Shown here in pieces: positions 17,352-27,485 of a DNA stretch of 64,000 nt. The translations under genes and the position numbers were made by a program. Where the stretch lies: contig JBKDRU010000007.1 of the NCBI GenBank assembly GCA_046341215.1, positions 799-64,798 of the forward strand. The letters run 5' to 3'. A model generated the notes under the pieces. It worked only from the letters and a program-made list of their open reading frames with translations. It did not search any database and was not told the DNA's origin. The stretch is from Vampirovibrionales bacterium. GTDB taxonomy: Bacteria; Cyanobacteriota; Vampirovibrionia; Vampirovibrionales; JAJTHC01. Each line of letters starts with the position of its first letter. The first letter of the stretch is position 1.

Positions 17352-18464
17352 CTAAGGATTTTCAACCGTAGTTGTATTGGTGGTGAACTGTTGCGTCGGT
17401 AAAATGTAGTTCTGTATTTTAGAAACATCAGAAACACTAAGATTGCCTAAGTTCCCTAAACTAGACAAAGGCTGTTCACTTACCGTTAAAATCGGGAAAC
17501 GTAAATCTGCCTTCAATCGCCATACCACATTCGAATGACCGTTTCTCACCGTATTCAGCGTCACCGTCACCCAACTCAACTCAGGACGGTTGACTTCTTT
17601 TTCAAGTTTCGTAATGGTACCAGCTAGGCTCGAATCTTCCACAATCACATCCTTATTGCTGGGATACAACGGTACGTTCAAGCGAAAAAATAAGGTCTGT
17701 CCCAAGCGTAAGCGAGGGCCGAGTATGGCTTCTTGAGGCGAAATCACTAAGTTAAAACCCGCCCCTAAGCTCGGGATCAATCGCCAGGAAACGCCCGTAA
17801 AGCCTCGTTTGGCATCAATTGTCAACATCTCTTGGGCTTGGGGCAAAAATGCCAGTCGATCGTTGAGCCAACGGTCGGTTACCGTTGTTTTCGGCGTCAA
17901 CGGCAAGTCTCGAAACACATCAAAGACGTAATGTTCATATAAAATCGCCAAGTCCTTTTGCGTCGCTTCAGGCAGGGCTTCAAAGCTCTTGTCTTCAGAA
18001 AGTAAAGCGAGTGTATACGCATCCTTGAGCGGTTCTTTGGTGAAGAGCAAGCCTTTTAACGCCAACCACGCATCGAGCTGGCTCATCGGAGCCTGTGGCA
18101 CGAGGCGCCAAGACGGTTTCGGCGTCAAGACATGAAACTGCCACGCCGTTTCAAGCAAAGGATACTTGGGATGGGTCGTCGGTACATCTCTAAAGGGAGA
18201 AAGATCCGTGAGCGTCCATGAGGGAGGGATCTGAAAATGGGTCAATAGGGCTTCTGCCACATCCAAGCGAGTCAATATTTTTTCTGGAAGCATTTCGCCT
18301 GTGGAACCGTCGGCTTGAAGAGTCGTTACTGTGGGGACAATCGCCGTTTCCGCATGCAGCACGCCTATACTCAACAGAGCCATACCTAGACAAATGAGGA
18401 GTGGATGTTTAAATCGCATCGGCATCGCCCTACTTTCCGCTAATGAGCGTGTTAGGAAAATCAA
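17352..18464 (-). CDS. Secreted hypothetical protein; possible SLH-like motif (FRDVPTTHP...AWQF)
   Basis: Signal peptide MRFKHPLLICLGMALLSIGVLHA. Weak resemblance to an S-layer-homology motif. Unknown function. Confidence 0.45.
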   Translation of the reverse strand: MIFLTRSLAESRAMPMRFKHPLLICLGMALLSIGVLHAETAIVPTVTTLQADGSTGEMLPEKILTRLDVAEALLTHFQIPPSWTLTDLSPFRDVPTTHPKYPLLETAWQFHVLTPKPSWRLVPQAPMSQLDAWLALKGLLFTKEPLKDAYTLALLSEDKSFEALPEATQKDLAILYEHYVFDVFRDLPLTPKTTVTDRWLNDRLAFLPQAQEMLTIDAKRGFTGVSWRLIPSLGAGFNLVISPQEAILGPRLRLGQTLFFRLNVPLYPSNKDVIVEDSSLAGTITKLEKEVNRPELSWVTVTLNTVRNGHSNVVWRLKADLRFPILTVSEQPLSSLGNLGNLSVSDVSKIQNYILPTQQFTTNTTTVENP

Positions 18465-19680
18465 AGTTTAGGCTAGAGGCTTCGCCTGTTTCAAAGTTTT
18501 TGAACGGAATCACGCCCGTTTCCAACTCTTGCGAGCCAATCGTATACACATGGCGAGCCGAACGCTTACCCGCGGCTTGCAATTGTTTGCCAAAATTACG
18601 ACCGCTTAAATCGACTTCCACTTTTAAGCCTGCTTCACGCAAATGTTCGGCAAAGGCAAAGGCTTCGGCGTGGCAATCGGTTACGATATAGGCATCCAAC
18701 GCAGGGGCTTCGGGGTGTTCGGTGAGCTTAAACAAACGCTCAACCCCCATCGCCCAGCCGATCGCAGGGGTAGACGTGCCACCAAGTTCTTCAATCAAGC
18801 CGTTGTAGCGACCGCCTCCGCAGACGGTGCCTTGGGCACCAAGTTTGTCGGTGATAAACTCAAACACCGTACGAGAGTAATAGTCCAACCCACGCACCAT
18901 ACGGCGGTTGACGGTAAACGGCACGCCATTGACGCTTAAAATATGGCACAATTGCTCAAACGCCTCGCTGGCTTCGGGTGACCATGCAAAGTTTTGTAAG
19001 AAATCTTCCACCGCATCGCTGGTGTAAACGGTTTGACACGTAGGGACTTTGCAGTCCAACATGCGAATGGGGTTTTGCTCAAAGCGACGTTGACAGTCCG
19101 CACAAAGCGTTTCAAAGTGAGGCTTCAACAACCCTTGTAGAGCTTCACGAAAACGAGGGCGATCATCAGGATCCCCCACCGTATTCAGTTCTAAACGTAA
19201 ATCCGAAATGCCCAATGCCTTCAAAACCTGCCACGCCAACAGGATGCTTTCGGCATCGGCGGCAGGGGTGTCGAGCCCAATGAGTTCCGCTCCGATTTGG
19301 TGAAACTGTCGTTGCCGACCTTCTTGCGGACGCTCATATCGGAACATCGCTCCTATATAATAGAGTCGTTGGGGTAAACCGAGCTGGCTCAACTTGTTTT
19401 CAACAAAGGCACGCACCACGCCCGCCGTCCCTTCAGGACGTAGCGTCAAACTTCGATCACTTTTTTCAAAGCTGTACATTTCTTTGTTGACAATATCCGT
19501 CGATTCGCCCACCCCACGAGCAAACAGCGACGTGGCTTCAAAAATCGGCGTATGAATCGCCTTATAATTCGCCAATTCTAGCGTGTGAATGGCGACATCC
19601 TGCAAGTGCTTCCACGCATGAGAAAGATCAGGCGTAATATCTTGCGTGCCTTTGGGGCGTTGTATTTTTTGAGACATCAT
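18430..19680 (-). CDS. hisS: Histidine--tRNA ligase
   Basis: Class II aaRS motifs, HisS-specific regions and an anticodon-binding C-terminal domain. Confidence 0.9.
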   Translation of the reverse strand: MMSQKIQRPKGTQDITPDLSHAWKHLQDVAIHTLELANYKAIHTPIFEATSLFARGVGESTDIVNKEMYSFEKSDRSLTLRPEGTAGVVRAFVENKLSQLGLPQRLYYIGAMFRYERPQEGRQRQFHQIGAELIGLDTPAADAESILLAWQVLKALGISDLRLELNTVGDPDDRPRFREALQGLLKPHFETLCADCQRRFEQNPIRMLDCKVPTCQTVYTSDAVEDFLQNFAWSPEASEAFEQLCHILSVNGVPFTVNRRMVRGLDYYSRTVFEFITDKLGAQGTVCGGGRYNGLIEELGGTSTPAIGWAMGVERLFKLTEHPEAPALDAYIVTDCHAEAFAFAEHLREAGLKVEVDLSGRNFGKQLQAAGKRSARHVYTIGSQELETGVIPFKNFETGEASSLNFDFPNTLISGK

Positions 19681-19698
19681 TATTTAGGTGTGACTCCT

Positions 19699-21018
19699 TT
19701 ATACCGCAATAACAGGATTGAAGACGTCTTGACGCATCATGGTTTGCTGACGTTCAGGGCCGACGCTCACCATCCACACTGGGCAACGGGATACCTCTTC
19801 TAAGCGTTTTAAATAGGCTTTGCACGCAGGCGGCAAATCGGCGTACTGCGTGATTTGCGTGGTATCGCTTTGCCAGCCTTCAAGCGTTTCGTAAACAGGC
19901 TCTAAATCCGCTAAGACGCTCAAGCTTGCTGGGAAGCGATGATAGGCTTCATGTGTCACCTTATGCTGGTAATGCGTGGCGATTTTAATTTCTGCAAAGG
20001 TATCCAAGACATCCAACTTGGTCAACGCAATACCGTCTAAGCCGTTGACTTCAACACCGTAACGAGCCACCACACCGTCAAACCAACCCGTACGGCGTTT
20101 GCGTCCAGTCGTCGTGCCGAACTCCTGCCCACGCTCGCCTAAAATCTCACCGACTTCGTTTTGCTGTTCAGTCGGGAACGGTCCTTCACCCACACGGGTC
20201 AAATAGGCTTTCATCACGCCTAAGGTCGCATCAATTTTAGAAGGCCCTACGCCTGTTCCTGTGCAGGCTCCGCCAGCAGTCGAGTTTGAACTGGTCACAT
20301 AGGGATAAGTCCCAAAATCCACATCCAAGAGCGTGCCTTGTGCGCCTTCAAAAAGCAATCGTTTGTTTTGAGCTAACGCCTCTTGCAATAGGGCGACGGT
20401 ATCGGTGATGTAAGGGGCTAAAATGCTTTTGTACTGCTTACAGACTTCCAGCAAATACGGAACGCTGGCTTGTTCAAAAAAGCCTTTTTCAGACACAATC
20501 CGCTCAATCTGCTTACGCAAAACATCAGGAGATTCAAGCAAGTCGCCTGCTCGAATGCCGATGCGTCCGACTTTGTCCATGTAGGTCGGTCCAATGCCTC
20601 GTCCTGTGGTGCCGATCTTCGATTCAGGGGCGTTTGCCGTGCGTAACAATTCTTGACGCTTGTCTTGCTCAATGTGATAAGGCAAGGTGACATGACAGCG
20701 TTCGGATATTTTAAGGTTGTGTGTAGAATAGCCCTTGGCGTGAATGTCTTCGAGTTCTTTTTTCAACACTTCAGGGGCAATGACCACACCTGAACCGATA
20801 ATGCACCATTTTTCAGGATACAACAGCCCAGAAGGCAGGTGATGAAACTTGAAGGTTTCGCCGTTAAATTTGACCGTATGCCCAGCGTTGCATCCGCCTT
20901 GGCTACGAATGACGACATCCGCCTGCTCTGCGAGCATGTCCACGACCTTCGCCTTGCCTTCATCGCCCCATTGGGCACCCACCACAATCACATTATATAG
21001 TTCTTCTTTTTGAATCAT
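19699..21018 (-). CDS. purA: Adenylosuccinate synthetase
   Basis: GAQWGDEGKAKVVD P-loop and GPTYMDK, TTGRKRRTGW motifs. Confidence 0.9.
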   Translation of the reverse strand: MIQKEELYNVIVVGAQWGDEGKAKVVDMLAEQADVVIRSQGGCNAGHTVKFNGETFKFHHLPSGLLYPEKWCIIGSGVVIAPEVLKKELEDIHAKGYSTHNLKISERCHVTLPYHIEQDKRQELLRTANAPESKIGTTGRGIGPTYMDKVGRIGIRAGDLLESPDVLRKQIERIVSEKGFFEQASVPYLLEVCKQYKSILAPYITDTVALLQEALAQNKRLLFEGAQGTLLDVDFGTYPYVTSSNSTAGGACTGTGVGPSKIDATLGVMKAYLTRVGEGPFPTEQQNEVGEILGERGQEFGTTTGRKRRTGWFDGVVARYGVEVNGLDGIALTKLDVLDTFAEIKIATHYQHKVTHEAYHRFPASLSVLADLEPVYETLEGWQSDTTQITQYADLPPACKAYLKRLEEVSRCPVWMVSVGPERQQTMMRQDVFNPVIAV

Positions 21019-21225
21019 CCTACCGCTTCCTTTTAGATTTAAGCACGAGCCGTTAAATATTATCGCACAAAGTCTTTAAATAGAAAGTTTTTGTTCTTGA
21101 ACCGTCTCAACCAAATGGCCTAGAAAGCCTTTTCCCTTTAACGAAAACGTGCTAGAATCAACTATGATATGGCTTGTGTAAGCCTTTTTATATGTATGGT
21201 TTAAATTGTGAAGGAAAGATCGATT

Positions 21226-21711
21226 ATGTTGAATGCTCTGTCTCGTCGTATGTCTTGTGTCGCACTCGCCTTAGTTTTATTAGGCTCTGCTACTAGCCAA
21301 GCCTTTGCAGATGTCGTGGGTTATGTCAATTATGATCAAATTCGTAATGGTTATGAAAAAGCCCAAAAATTGATTGGCGAAATCAAAGTGAAAGATGCCG
21401 GTCTTCGTAAGAATCAAGCCGATTACGTTAAACAAATTGAAGACAGTCGTGCGTTGAATTCTAAGAATCCTATTGCCACCAAAAACTTAGAACAGCAATT
21501 GGAAACAAAATTGCAAGGTGAAATTAAAGCCTTCCAAGAGTGGTCCAATGCCAGCTTGAAAGCGGTAGACGACACGGTAACCACGACTATTAGAAAAGTG
21601 GCCCAACAAAAAGGCGTGACCGTTGTCATGGATCAACAGTCTATTGTTACGGGTGGAACAGATCTAACCCCCGAAATTATTCGTGTCTTGAACACTACTT
21701 CAACACCTTAG
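21226..21711 (+). CDS. skp: Skp/OmpH-family periplasmic chaperone
   Basis: Signal peptide followed by a coiled-coil, Lys/Gln-rich ~140-aa OmpH-like body. The ORF could start at 21208. Confidence 0.65.
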   Translation: MLNALSRRMSCVALALVLLGSATSQAFADVVGYVNYDQIRNGYEKAQKLIGEIKVKDAGLRKNQADYVKQIEDSRALNSKNPIATKNLEQQLETKLQGEIKAFQEWSNASLKAVDDTVTTTIRKVAQQKGVTVVMDQQSIVTGGTDLTPEIIRVLNTTSTP

Positions 21712-21730
21712 TTTTTACTGATGTTTTTCT

Positions 21731-21762
21731 TAAAAGCAGGGGATTTACCCCTGCTTTTTTGC
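21731..21762. terminator. Bidirectional rho-independent terminator between skp and tktC
   Basis: agcagggg-attta-cccctgct with an A-run 5' and a T6 run 3'. Confidence 0.7.
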
Positions 21763-21836
21763 TTTGTTCGACAAACGTACATAAACCAAACAAAAAATCG
21801 TAGCGACAAAATACGACATTTAATCGTTTGATTGGT

Positions 21837-22841
21837 CTAAAGCCAAGCTAAAACGGTGGCTTCAATAGCAGACGCATCAATGCCGTATTCTTTAAACAAG
21901 GCATCGCCCGTACCGCTTTGACCAAATTTGTCTTGTACGCCCAAACGCTTTAAGGGCGTCGGTTGATGCTCACTCAAGGCTTCCGCAACGACACCACCGA
22001 GTCCGCCAATAACGCTATGGCTTTCCACCGTCAAGACCTTGCCTGTTTTCTTCGCCGATTTTGCCAAAGTTTCGGCATCAAAAGGCTTAATGAACACCGC
22101 ATTCAAGACTTCCGCTTCAATCTGATGTTGCTCACTCAAATGTTTCGCAGCTAGCAAGGCGTGATACACTGTTTCCCCTGTGGCGACGATGGTAATATCA
22201 GACCCTTCACGTTCGACAAGAAGCTTGCCTGCTTCCACTTTGTATTCACTGCTTTTGTGAATCACAGGAATGTTCGGACGCACCAAGCGAATATACATGG
22301 GGCCTTGCGTTTCAGCCGCATAGCGAATCAGTGCATCCGTTTCAACGCTATCACTCGGCACAATGACGGTCATATCAGGAATCACACGCATTAAGGCAAT
22401 GTCTTCAATCGACTGATGCGACGCACCATCTTCACCTAAGCTAATGCCGCTATGGGTGGGGGCAATTTTCACATTGAGTTTGGAGTAAGCAATCGTATTA
22501 CGAACAGCTTCCCACGCTTTACCACTGGCAAACATCGCAAAGGTGGACACAAAGGGAATCTTACCGACGGTAGAAAGTCCTGCCGCCGTATTGATGAGAT
22601 CCATTTCCGCAATACCTTGATTGAAAAAGCGTTCAGGAAAGGCATTGGCGAAAAATTGCGTTTGCGTCGAACAAGCCAAATCGGCGTCCAACACCACGAT
22701 GTTGGGGTTTTCATGCCCTAGGCTCACCAGCGTTTCGCCATAGGTGACGCGAGGGGCTGCTTTCTGCGGTTTTTCTAAATCAATGTCGGCTTCAAAGGTC
22801 TTGGTGTCGTTTTGTTGAACGGGGCTTCCCATGCGTGTCAT
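21837..22841 (-). CDS. tktC: Transketolase, C-terminal (pyrimidine-binding) subunit
   Basis: Pyr and C-terminal domains of split transketolase (FFNQGIAEMDLINTAAGLS...). Confidence 0.85.
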   Translation of the reverse strand: MTRMGSPVQQNDTKTFEADIDLEKPQKAAPRVTYGETLVSLGHENPNIVVLDADLACSTQTQFFANAFPERFFNQGIAEMDLINTAAGLSTVGKIPFVSTFAMFASGKAWEAVRNTIAYSKLNVKIAPTHSGISLGEDGASHQSIEDIALMRVIPDMTVIVPSDSVETDALIRYAAETQGPMYIRLVRPNIPVIHKSSEYKVEAGKLLVEREGSDITIVATGETVYHALLAAKHLSEQHQIEAEVLNAVFIKPFDAETLAKSAKKTGKVLTVESHSVIGGLGGVVAEALSEHQPTPLKRLGVQDKFGQSGTGDALFKEYGIDASAIEATVLAWL

Positions 22842-22898
22842 CCTTCTTTAAAAGCATTTATAATGTCTATCTATTGTATCATAGCAAGTCAAACGAGA

Positions 22899-23771
22899 TT
22901 AGCTGAATTGAGCCAAGCGGGCTTCAATTTCGGCAACGGCATCGTCAAATTGTTGTTGATTGGGGGCTTTTCCGTGCCAGCCTGCTTGATTTTCCATAAA
23001 GGAAACGCCTTTGCCTTTCACGGTATTCGCTACAATACAGGTGGGTTTGTCGCTAGAATCCGCCCACGCATCGGCTTGGTCAAAAGCTTTGGCAAGCGCC
23101 TCAAAATCGTGACCGTCGACTTCTAAGACGTTCCAACCAAAGGCTAAAAACTTCGGAGCCACTTCGCCAAGAGCCTTCACCGACTCCGTACTGCCGTCAA
23201 TCTGCAAGCGATTACGATCCACAATCGCCGTCAAACGAGACGTCTTGTGATGAGCTGCCGACATCACGGCTTCCCACACATTGCCTTCTTGCAATTCGCC
23301 GTCGCCCATGAGTACCCACACTCGAGCATCACGGTGATCTAAGCGATGCCCCAACGCCATACCGACCCCACAAGACAACCCTTGCCCTAAGGAACCTGTT
23401 GAGACATCCACGCCCTTGAGGTACTTGGACGCAGGATGCCCTTGCAACTTACTGTTAATGGCTCGTAAGGTGGGGAGTTCCGATTTGTCGATGTAGCCCG
23501 CTTCCATCAAAACAGCGTACAAAGCAGGAGCCGCATGCCCTTTGGACAAGATAAAACGATCACGATCCACCCAATCTGAGTCCAAGTGGGTGTGATCCAT
23601 GCGAGCAAACCATAGAGCGGCGATAATATCGACACACGACAACGAACTCCCGGGATGCCCCGATTGAGCGGTGAAAATCATCTGCAAAATATCGATGCGT
23701 AAGCGTGTGGTGAGAGCATCTAAGGTGGTGGGATTGAAGGGTACTTTAGCATGTGTTTTGGGGTCTGTCAT
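22899..23771 (-). CDS. tktN: Transketolase, N-terminal (TPP-binding) subunit
   Basis: TPP-binding motif GDGELQEGNVWEA and HPGSSLS. A separate ORF precedes the C-terminal subunit. Confidence 0.85.
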   Translation of the reverse strand: MTDPKTHAKVPFNPTTLDALTTRLRIDILQMIFTAQSGHPGSSLSCVDIIAALWFARMDHTHLDSDWVDRDRFILSKGHAAPALYAVLMEAGYIDKSELPTLRAINSKLQGHPASKYLKGVDVSTGSLGQGLSCGVGMALGHRLDHRDARVWVLMGDGELQEGNVWEAVMSAAHHKTSRLTAIVDRNRLQIDGSTESVKALGEVAPKFLAFGWNVLEVDGHDFEALAKAFDQADAWADSSDKPTCIVANTVKGKGVSFMENQAGWHGKAPNQQQFDDAVAEIEARLAQFS

Positions 23772-23941
23772 AGGAGGTGTCCTTTTTGTTGTGGCGTGCT
23801 TGTTTTTTATTGTCTCACGAATGGGGGTGATATTCTAGTATTTTCTTCTCCCCTATTTTGTAACAAGATTTTGTGCTTTTTCGTCCTTTCCTTTAGAATG
23901 AGACATGAAAGATGTATCGTTTATATAGAGAGGACTCCCCC

Positions 23942-24664
23942 ATGACCACGACTTTAGAAGCATCGAAGAAAATTAATGTGTTGGATCACGGCTTTGTCGA
24001 ACTGATTGACGCCCTTGGCAGTGATTTAACCGTGGTGAACTCCGCACGTGTAAGCTTTGGCAAACGCAAAACTGAGCTTGATGAAGCGGATGAAAAACTC
24101 ATTAAATACCTTGCCAAACACCAGCATTGGTCGCCGTTTCGTCATGTGCAGTTGCAGTTTCATTGCAAGGTGCCTGAATTTGTGGCTCGCCAGTGGTACA
24201 AGCACGTCGTAGGCATTGCTTACACCGAAGGGCATGGGGCGTACACGGTGGATCACGCATGGAATGAAGTGAGCTTGCGTTATGTGGATGCCAGCGACTT
24301 CGATTTTTACACCCCACAAGGGGGCTTTCGCACGCAGTCTGAAAGCAATAAGCAGGCGTCTACCGATGAACTTATTCAAAACGATGTGCTGATGAAGGCG
24401 TATACCGACCATGCCCAAGGCACCTTTGCCTTGTATAAAGAGCTGGTGGATGCAGGTGTAGCCAAAGAGCAGGCTCGTGGGGTGTTGCCGTTGAACATTT
24501 ACACGGAGTTTTACTGGACGATTAGCTTGCAAGCCTTGACGAATTTCATCCACTTGCGGACGCATGCAGGGGCTCAGTATGAGATCCGCGAATACGCCGA
24601 TGCCTTGGAGAAGCTCACCCAGCTCGTGGTGCCTGTGTCGTACAAGTATCTGTTGGAAGGATAG
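23942..24664 (+). CDS. thyX: Flavin-dependent thymidylate synthase ThyX
   Basis: ThyX signature around WSPFRHVQ...ARQWYKH. ~240 aa. The ORF could start at 23912. Confidence 0.85.
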   Translation: MTTTLEASKKINVLDHGFVELIDALGSDLTVVNSARVSFGKRKTELDEADEKLIKYLAKHQHWSPFRHVQLQFHCKVPEFVARQWYKHVVGIAYTEGHGAYTVDHAWNEVSLRYVDASDFDFYTPQGGFRTQSESNKQASTDELIQNDVLMKAYTDHAQGTFALYKELVDAGVAKEQARGVLPLNIYTEFYWTISLQALTNFIHLRTHAGAQYEIREYADALEKLTQLVVPVSYKYLLEG

Positions 24665-24706
24665 TTCATAATACGGAGTGTCTATTAATGAAAAAATTCC
24701 CCTTTA

Positions 24707-25009
24707 ATGGAGATGGGTTTCTTCTTTTTTTATATTATCTGCCCACTTATTGGCTTGGGTATGCTTATGCTTCGAATTGAATCATCTTGGCTTTGGCTAT
24801 TACTTGGGCTAATTATTTCTATTCCAACGACATGGCTTTGGTGGCAGGGGCTGAAATGTATTGCTAGATTAATAAAAGAAATATGGAACTACCATATGAT
24901 TAAAACCCAGCCTACTCAGTCTCTTAGATTCTCATATATCACTTTAGTTTTTTTATTGATTGTACTTGTATTTTATCCACTCTTCTTAATTATGCGTGAA
25001 TTTGGATAA
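24707..25009 (+). CDS. Small hydrophobic membrane protein (about 3 TM), unknown
   Basis: 100-aa AT-rich ORF, strongly hydrophobic. No homology recognised. Confidence 0.35.
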   Translation: MEMGFFFFYIICPLIGLGMLMLRIESSWLWLLLGLIISIPTTWLWWQGLKCIARLIKEIWNYHMIKTQPTQSLRFSYITLVFLLIVLVFYPLFLIMREFG

Positions 25010-25094
25010 CTTGGAAAACGGCGGGCGGTGAAACGCTCGAAGCGGTGAATGCTCGCTTGGGTAATCCGCTCGGGCGTTAGTAGCCGTCTGAATT

Positions 25095-26162
25095 CTAGCG
25101 TTTGCCTTTTTTGGCATACACCGCCGCCAAGACTTCCGCCACCGCCAAAAAGAGTTCAGGCGGAATCATGTCCCCATAACCCACTTGATCGTACAAGGCT
25201 CTCGCCAGCGGACGATTTTCCACCAGCTCAATGCCCAAAGACTGTGCTTTGGCTTTAATTTTTTGAGCAAAGGCATCCACCCCAATCGCCACCACATGCG
25301 GAGCAGGGGCAATATCAGGGTCATATCGTAACGCCACCGCATAGTGGGTCGGGTTGGTGATGACGACATCCGCCGTGGGTAAGTGCTTTAACTGCTTGGA
25401 TTGCAAAATTTTCATCCCTGCCTGCTTGATGTTGGCTCGCATTTTTTGGTCGCCTTCCAAGTTCTTGGATTCATCCTTAATGTCTTGCTTGCTCATGCGT
25501 AACTGCTTTTCATTTTGAAAGGCTTGATAACGCCAATCCGCCAATCCCAGTACCAAATACACCATAAACACCCAACCCGTGAGCTTAAAGACCAAGCTCC
25601 CCATCGTCGCCAATAGAATAGTGGGGTTTGCAAAACTCAACTGTTGCAGTTCAGGCATGGCTCCTTGAATGACGTTATAGCTTACGGAACCCACAATCGA
25701 CATTTTTAAAATGCCCTTAATCAGTTCTACAACCGAACGTTGAGAGAAAATCCGCTTCATGCCTTTCATCGGGTTTATTTTGTTCAGGCTAGGTTCTAAA
25801 GGCTTTAGGGTAAACAAGGCTCGCACTTGCATGAAGTTTATGCCCAAGCCTGCAATCACCATTGCTCCCATAAAGGGAATTAAAATGAGTCCCAATTGGT
25901 GCATGGTTTCATTAAAAGCCCCTAGGAACATGGTGCTGTTGAAAATGGTGGTGGCATCATCGAGTTCAAAGTTTTTTTTCATAAAGCTCATCATAATTTG
26001 CATGAAATACGAGCCAGACATCCCAATGAGTAGCAATGCCATGCCGAGCAAACCTGCGGCGTTAAGATCCACGCTTTTCGCCACCTGTCCGTCTTGCCGA
26101 GCTTTGGAGACTTTGTAAGCGGTGGGTTTTTCAGTTTTTTCACCTTCAGACATCATCATCAT
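25095..26162 (-). CDS. flhB: Flagellar export apparatus protein FlhB
   Basis: N terminus EKTEKPTAYKVSKARQDGQVAKS, 4 TM, and a C-terminal autocleavage region with NPTH (VVITNPTHYAVAL). Orphan; no fliPQR/flhA adjacent. Confidence 0.85.
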   Translation of the reverse strand: MMMMSEGEKTEKPTAYKVSKARQDGQVAKSVDLNAAGLLGMALLLIGMSGSYFMQIMMSFMKKNFELDDATTIFNSTMFLGAFNETMHQLGLILIPFMGAMVIAGLGINFMQVRALFTLKPLEPSLNKINPMKGMKRIFSQRSVVELIKGILKMSIVGSVSYNVIQGAMPELQQLSFANPTILLATMGSLVFKLTGWVFMVYLVLGLADWRYQAFQNEKQLRMSKQDIKDESKNLEGDQKMRANIKQAGMKILQSKQLKHLPTADVVITNPTHYAVALRYDPDIAPAPHVVAIGVDAFAQKIKAKAQSLGIELVENRPLARALYDQVGYGDMIPPELFLAVAEVLAAVYAKKGKR

Positions 26163-26467
26163 TCGGACGGACTCACTTCTATTCTATGGGGCGCGTTCTT
26201 TTTATCATGAAAGTTTAAAGCATTTGAGTCAAGCCTCGCAGAAGGAACATCCGTTAAATAAACTATCCTCCTTGGCGAGCAAGAAGGATAGGAAATTACT
26301 TTGAATGGTTTCGCATTTAGGAGGGGGATGGGTTTAACACATATCGTTGACTTGACCCTGTTACAAACCCGCTTCCTGTTATTTCGTCAATATGAATAAA
26401 GACGCTTGACAAGGGCTTGTTTTTGAAAGAAGATAAGTTCACTCAAAGCAATGAAATTCATTGATGT

Positions 26468-26543
26468 GGGGGATTAGCTCATTTGGTAGAGCACCTGCTT
26501 TGCACGCAGGGGGTGAGCGGTTCGAATCCGCTATCCTCCACCA
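26468..26543 (+). tRNA. tRNA-Ala (anticodon UGC), CCA encoded
   Basis: GGGGGAUUAGCUCA...CUUUGCACGCAG...GGUUCGAAUCC...CUCCACCA. G3:U70-type acceptor stem. Canonical cloverleaf. Confidence 0.9.
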
Positions 26544-26781
26544 TTTTTATTTCAAATGCCAAGAATCGACTTTTTTAATCAGTTTGGGGTTTTTCGAATT
26601 TTAGTGATCGCAATGACGATCGACTATGAATACTAAGGCCAAAGAGACTTTGGCAGAACTTACCTATTGAACAGGAATCGTTACATTAAATGTAACGATT
26701 AAGCATATTTTGGCGACAAAATACCTTTATTAGTATAGACGCCATTACACCTGATTATCTCATTAAGTAGACAGGTTATTT

Positions 26782-27072
26782 TTGAACTGTATAGCCTATA
26801 GAAACGGAACAAACTCAACCATGAACGCTATTGTCGACGACATTCAAGCTTGGCTCAGTTTAAGCTCTAGCTTTTTCAGCCGTAATAATCCCATAGTGGC
26901 CGTTTCGCTTCAAATAAAAGGCACGGTGGATTATGTCATGAATTTTTCGAGCCATCGTAAGCTCATGAAATATCGTTCCATGATTTATGTAAAACAACTC
27001 AATCGCATGGAAACTAATTTATTATCAGGCATTGTCGTGCCTGAAGGTGATAAATTGGATCGCTATTATTAA
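26782..27072 (+). CDS. Hypothetical small protein in an AT-rich region downstream of tRNA-Ala
   Basis: 96-aa ORF with no recognisable motif. Weak. Confidence 0.25.
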   Translation: MNCIAYRNGTNSTMNAIVDDIQAWLSLSSSFFSRNNPIVAVSLQIKGTVDYVMNFSSHRKLMKYRSMIYVKQLNRMETNLLSGIVVPEGDKLDRYY

Positions 27073-27485
27073 ACTTTCGGCTAAATTAGCCTGTTACTGT
27101 TAACTATATGTAGAGAAAGGATGCTACTCACTTAGTTTTTTTGTTAACATTTATAAAGAAGGAGCTTTATCAAAAAACATTCATCCACAATTCTAAATAG
27201 AGGTACACCACCATAATTTTTATGAATCCCCAAGCGTTTTGCACGTTTGGGGATTTTGCTTGCAGGGAATCGATTCGCTTACGTTGTTTTTTGGATGCCC
27301 TCTTAAATTAAAAAGCTTGCCTTTTTAGCATGTTTTAGATTGAATAGAAGTATTCTTGTATCGTTGAGGGATGCCTTGTCGGATTTAAACTTAGAAACGT
27401 TTGGCACACCTTGCTTGAGTATCTATCTTCTATTAAACACCTTGTTTAACCCTTTAATAACAGAAAGTATAAAGAGACTAAACGA

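Noticed and set aside
26468-27485. Prophage or integrative element at tRNA-Ala
   Set aside because: No integrase, recombinase or phage-like ORFs are present, only one tiny orphan ORF. It is reported as an AT-rich island rather than a mobile element.
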